From NCBI GenBank assembly GCA_012295275.1, contig CM022675.1, positions 2,170,001 to 2,234,000 on the forward strand: 64,000 nt of DNA, given 5' to 3'. This document shows positions 62,052 to 64,000 of the stretch, piece by piece. The stretch is from Chrysomallon squamiferum (lineage: Eukaryota > Animalia > Mollusca). Position numbers and translations under genes: made by a program. The first letter of the stretch is position 1; the number at the start of each line of letters is the position of its first letter. A model generated the notes under the pieces. That model was not told where the DNA came from. It searched no databases and was given only the letters and a program-made list of their open reading frames with translations.

Positions 62052-64000
62052 ATTATTTTTGCTTTAGAACATTTGACTAAGCTTATAAGGCTTTCGTAAT
62101 TATTACTGTGTTGAGTTTTATTCTTTATTTTATTTTCATTTTTTGAATTATTGTTAATTTGTTTGGTTTACGGTATTTTTAAATATATATACATTATTAC
62201 TTCTATGACATTGGACACAACTTTGTAATGTTCTGATTGTCTTTGTTTCTTTGTTGTTGTTTTTCTTTTGTTTGTTTGTTTGTTTTTTGTTTGTTATTTT
62301 TTTCTTCTTCCTTCCTCGTAAATTTCATATATAATATACATATATAATGTTTAGTACTGGGACATGTAACATTCCTGAATATGGAAACTAAATTAATGTG
62401 TTAAAGCTTATCCGTAACATCAATTAATAAATCAGCTGTAAACTTCTGGTTGCAAATATTTAGGAATCAAGTACAACATTTAAATAAAAAACACTAAATG
62501 ATGACAATAATGACAATAATAATAACAACAACAACAACGACAGCAATAATAACAACTGTAATTTTTATTATTATAAAAGAAAATGACGAAAAAGAAGAAG
62601 AAGAAGAACATTTTTAAATAAAAATGTTTAAATTAAAAACATAAACACATTTTTTATTTGTTTTTTAAATATTCCTTTTCTCCGTAAATTTAATTTTTTC
62701 TGTTATTTACGTTACTAGTATATTTACATAATAATACATTATCAGAACATAAAAGTAAAAGTTAGTTGTTGGTGTTTGCATTTTTATTGATATTACAACT
62801 GCGTAGTAATTGAAAATATTAAACTGATTATATTATGCTCTTACAATGGTTTCGGCTGCCTTAAATAATTGTTTATGTATTTATTCGGAATCTTACTTTT
62901 TGTCTTGGTTCGCTTTATTGGCATACATCATAGTTTTATTTATCATTAATTATTTGTTTATTTCTTTATTTATTTACTTATTTACTTTCTTACCTATTAC
63001 TCTTTTCATTGTTTATTTCTTTTATTTCTTAGTTATTTATTGTTGCTGTTTTCTTCTAAAATGTACTGAATGTATTATATTAAATTTAGTGGGGTTTTGG
63101 TTTTTTTTTTTTTTTTTTTATTATTATTATTTTTTATTTTACATTTGCTTTACGTTTGGTTATAACTGCAATATATTAATTAACCTCTTTTCTCTAGTTT
63201 CTTTTTTCTTCTTTATATCCGCAATAATTTGAATAAAGGTTGTAGCAAAATAATTTGATGAGTTTTGTTTTGTTTCTTGTAAAGAGTTTGACAGCTCATT
63301 TTAGATATCTTGCAGACTTAAAACGTATTCAGGACAAACAATATTGGTGTGTTTGGGACATGCAGTGGTGTTTGGGAGGTGTTTCGATGTGTGGGTTGGG
63401 GATATGTGGGGGTGTGTGGGTGTGAATAGGTGTGGGTGTGTTAGTGACATAATCTGATGAATTGCTTTTTACGTGAGGAAGCCCTGTAAGATGTATATCA
63501 GAATAAAAACATTCTCCTTGTTTTAATGTGAAGAAAATATATTTATGTTTTGTTTCATATACAATCCCTATGTTTACCCCTGGTAAAAATAATACTAATT
63601 CAATGTTTTTGAAAGAAAAAAAAGTAATGAAATACATTCTGTTTGGCGGTCTTCTGCATTTTCAAATTTAAATTTACCGCGATGTTGCTGAAAATGAAAC
63701 ACATTGTGAAGAGATTTGGCAAGCTTCCGGTTTACACGAGCAACATCAGTATTGAAAGTTATACTATTTTATTTATTAAAATTCGCAGGTGTCATTACAC
63801 AAACTTACGTCATAATTCATGGAAACATGTCAATGTTCGCTTCCATTTTGGTTAGGTGACGTGTAACAAATATTATCACTATGAAATAATGAAATAATTA
63901 CGTCTGCACTGTCTTGTTGCCATTAGTATCGTCGTTTTCGTGTTGTTGTTGTGTTGTTGTTATTATTCTAAACAATTTAGACTGAATGAATACATCTTAA

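Noticed and set aside
63300-64000. Non-repetitive, GT-richer sequence with a TGACGT motif as a possible promoter or element
   Set aside because: There is no recognisable ORF, terminal repeat or splice structure inside the window.

Overview
This is AT-rich, microsatellite-dense animal genomic DNA with spliceosomal GT-AG genes. The domain content is consistent with a mollusc, possibly a cephalopod, but that is inference. Two paralogous multi-exon genes lie head-to-head. Gene A is on the minus strand (ATG 12801) and runs off the left edge before its TM exon. Gene B is on the plus strand and complete (49594-61938, 19 coding exons, 2631 nt, 876 aa by my exon assembly). Both encode signal peptide - EGF - EGF - ZP-N - start of ZP-C - linker - 4x group-A SRCR - rest of ZP-C - RKRR furin site - EHP, followed in B by a TM segment and short tail. 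The most unusual features are: (1) the SRCR cassette sits inside the ZP-C domain as phase-1 symmetric modules; (2) the EGF and ZP-C exons are almost identical between paralogs while the SRCRs have diverged strongly; (3) a +2 frameshift in gene A appears to be rescued by a duplicated half-exon. The ~28 kb between the genes holds an orphan TM exon, decayed exons of further paralogs, LINE, Tigger and Tc1 relics, several minisatellites, a near-identical ~3.4 kb duplication, a 200-N gap and a local ~190 bp repeat that forms inverted pairs. Almost all long ORFs in the supplied track are simple-repeat artefacts. All exon boundaries, identities and counts were made by eye.
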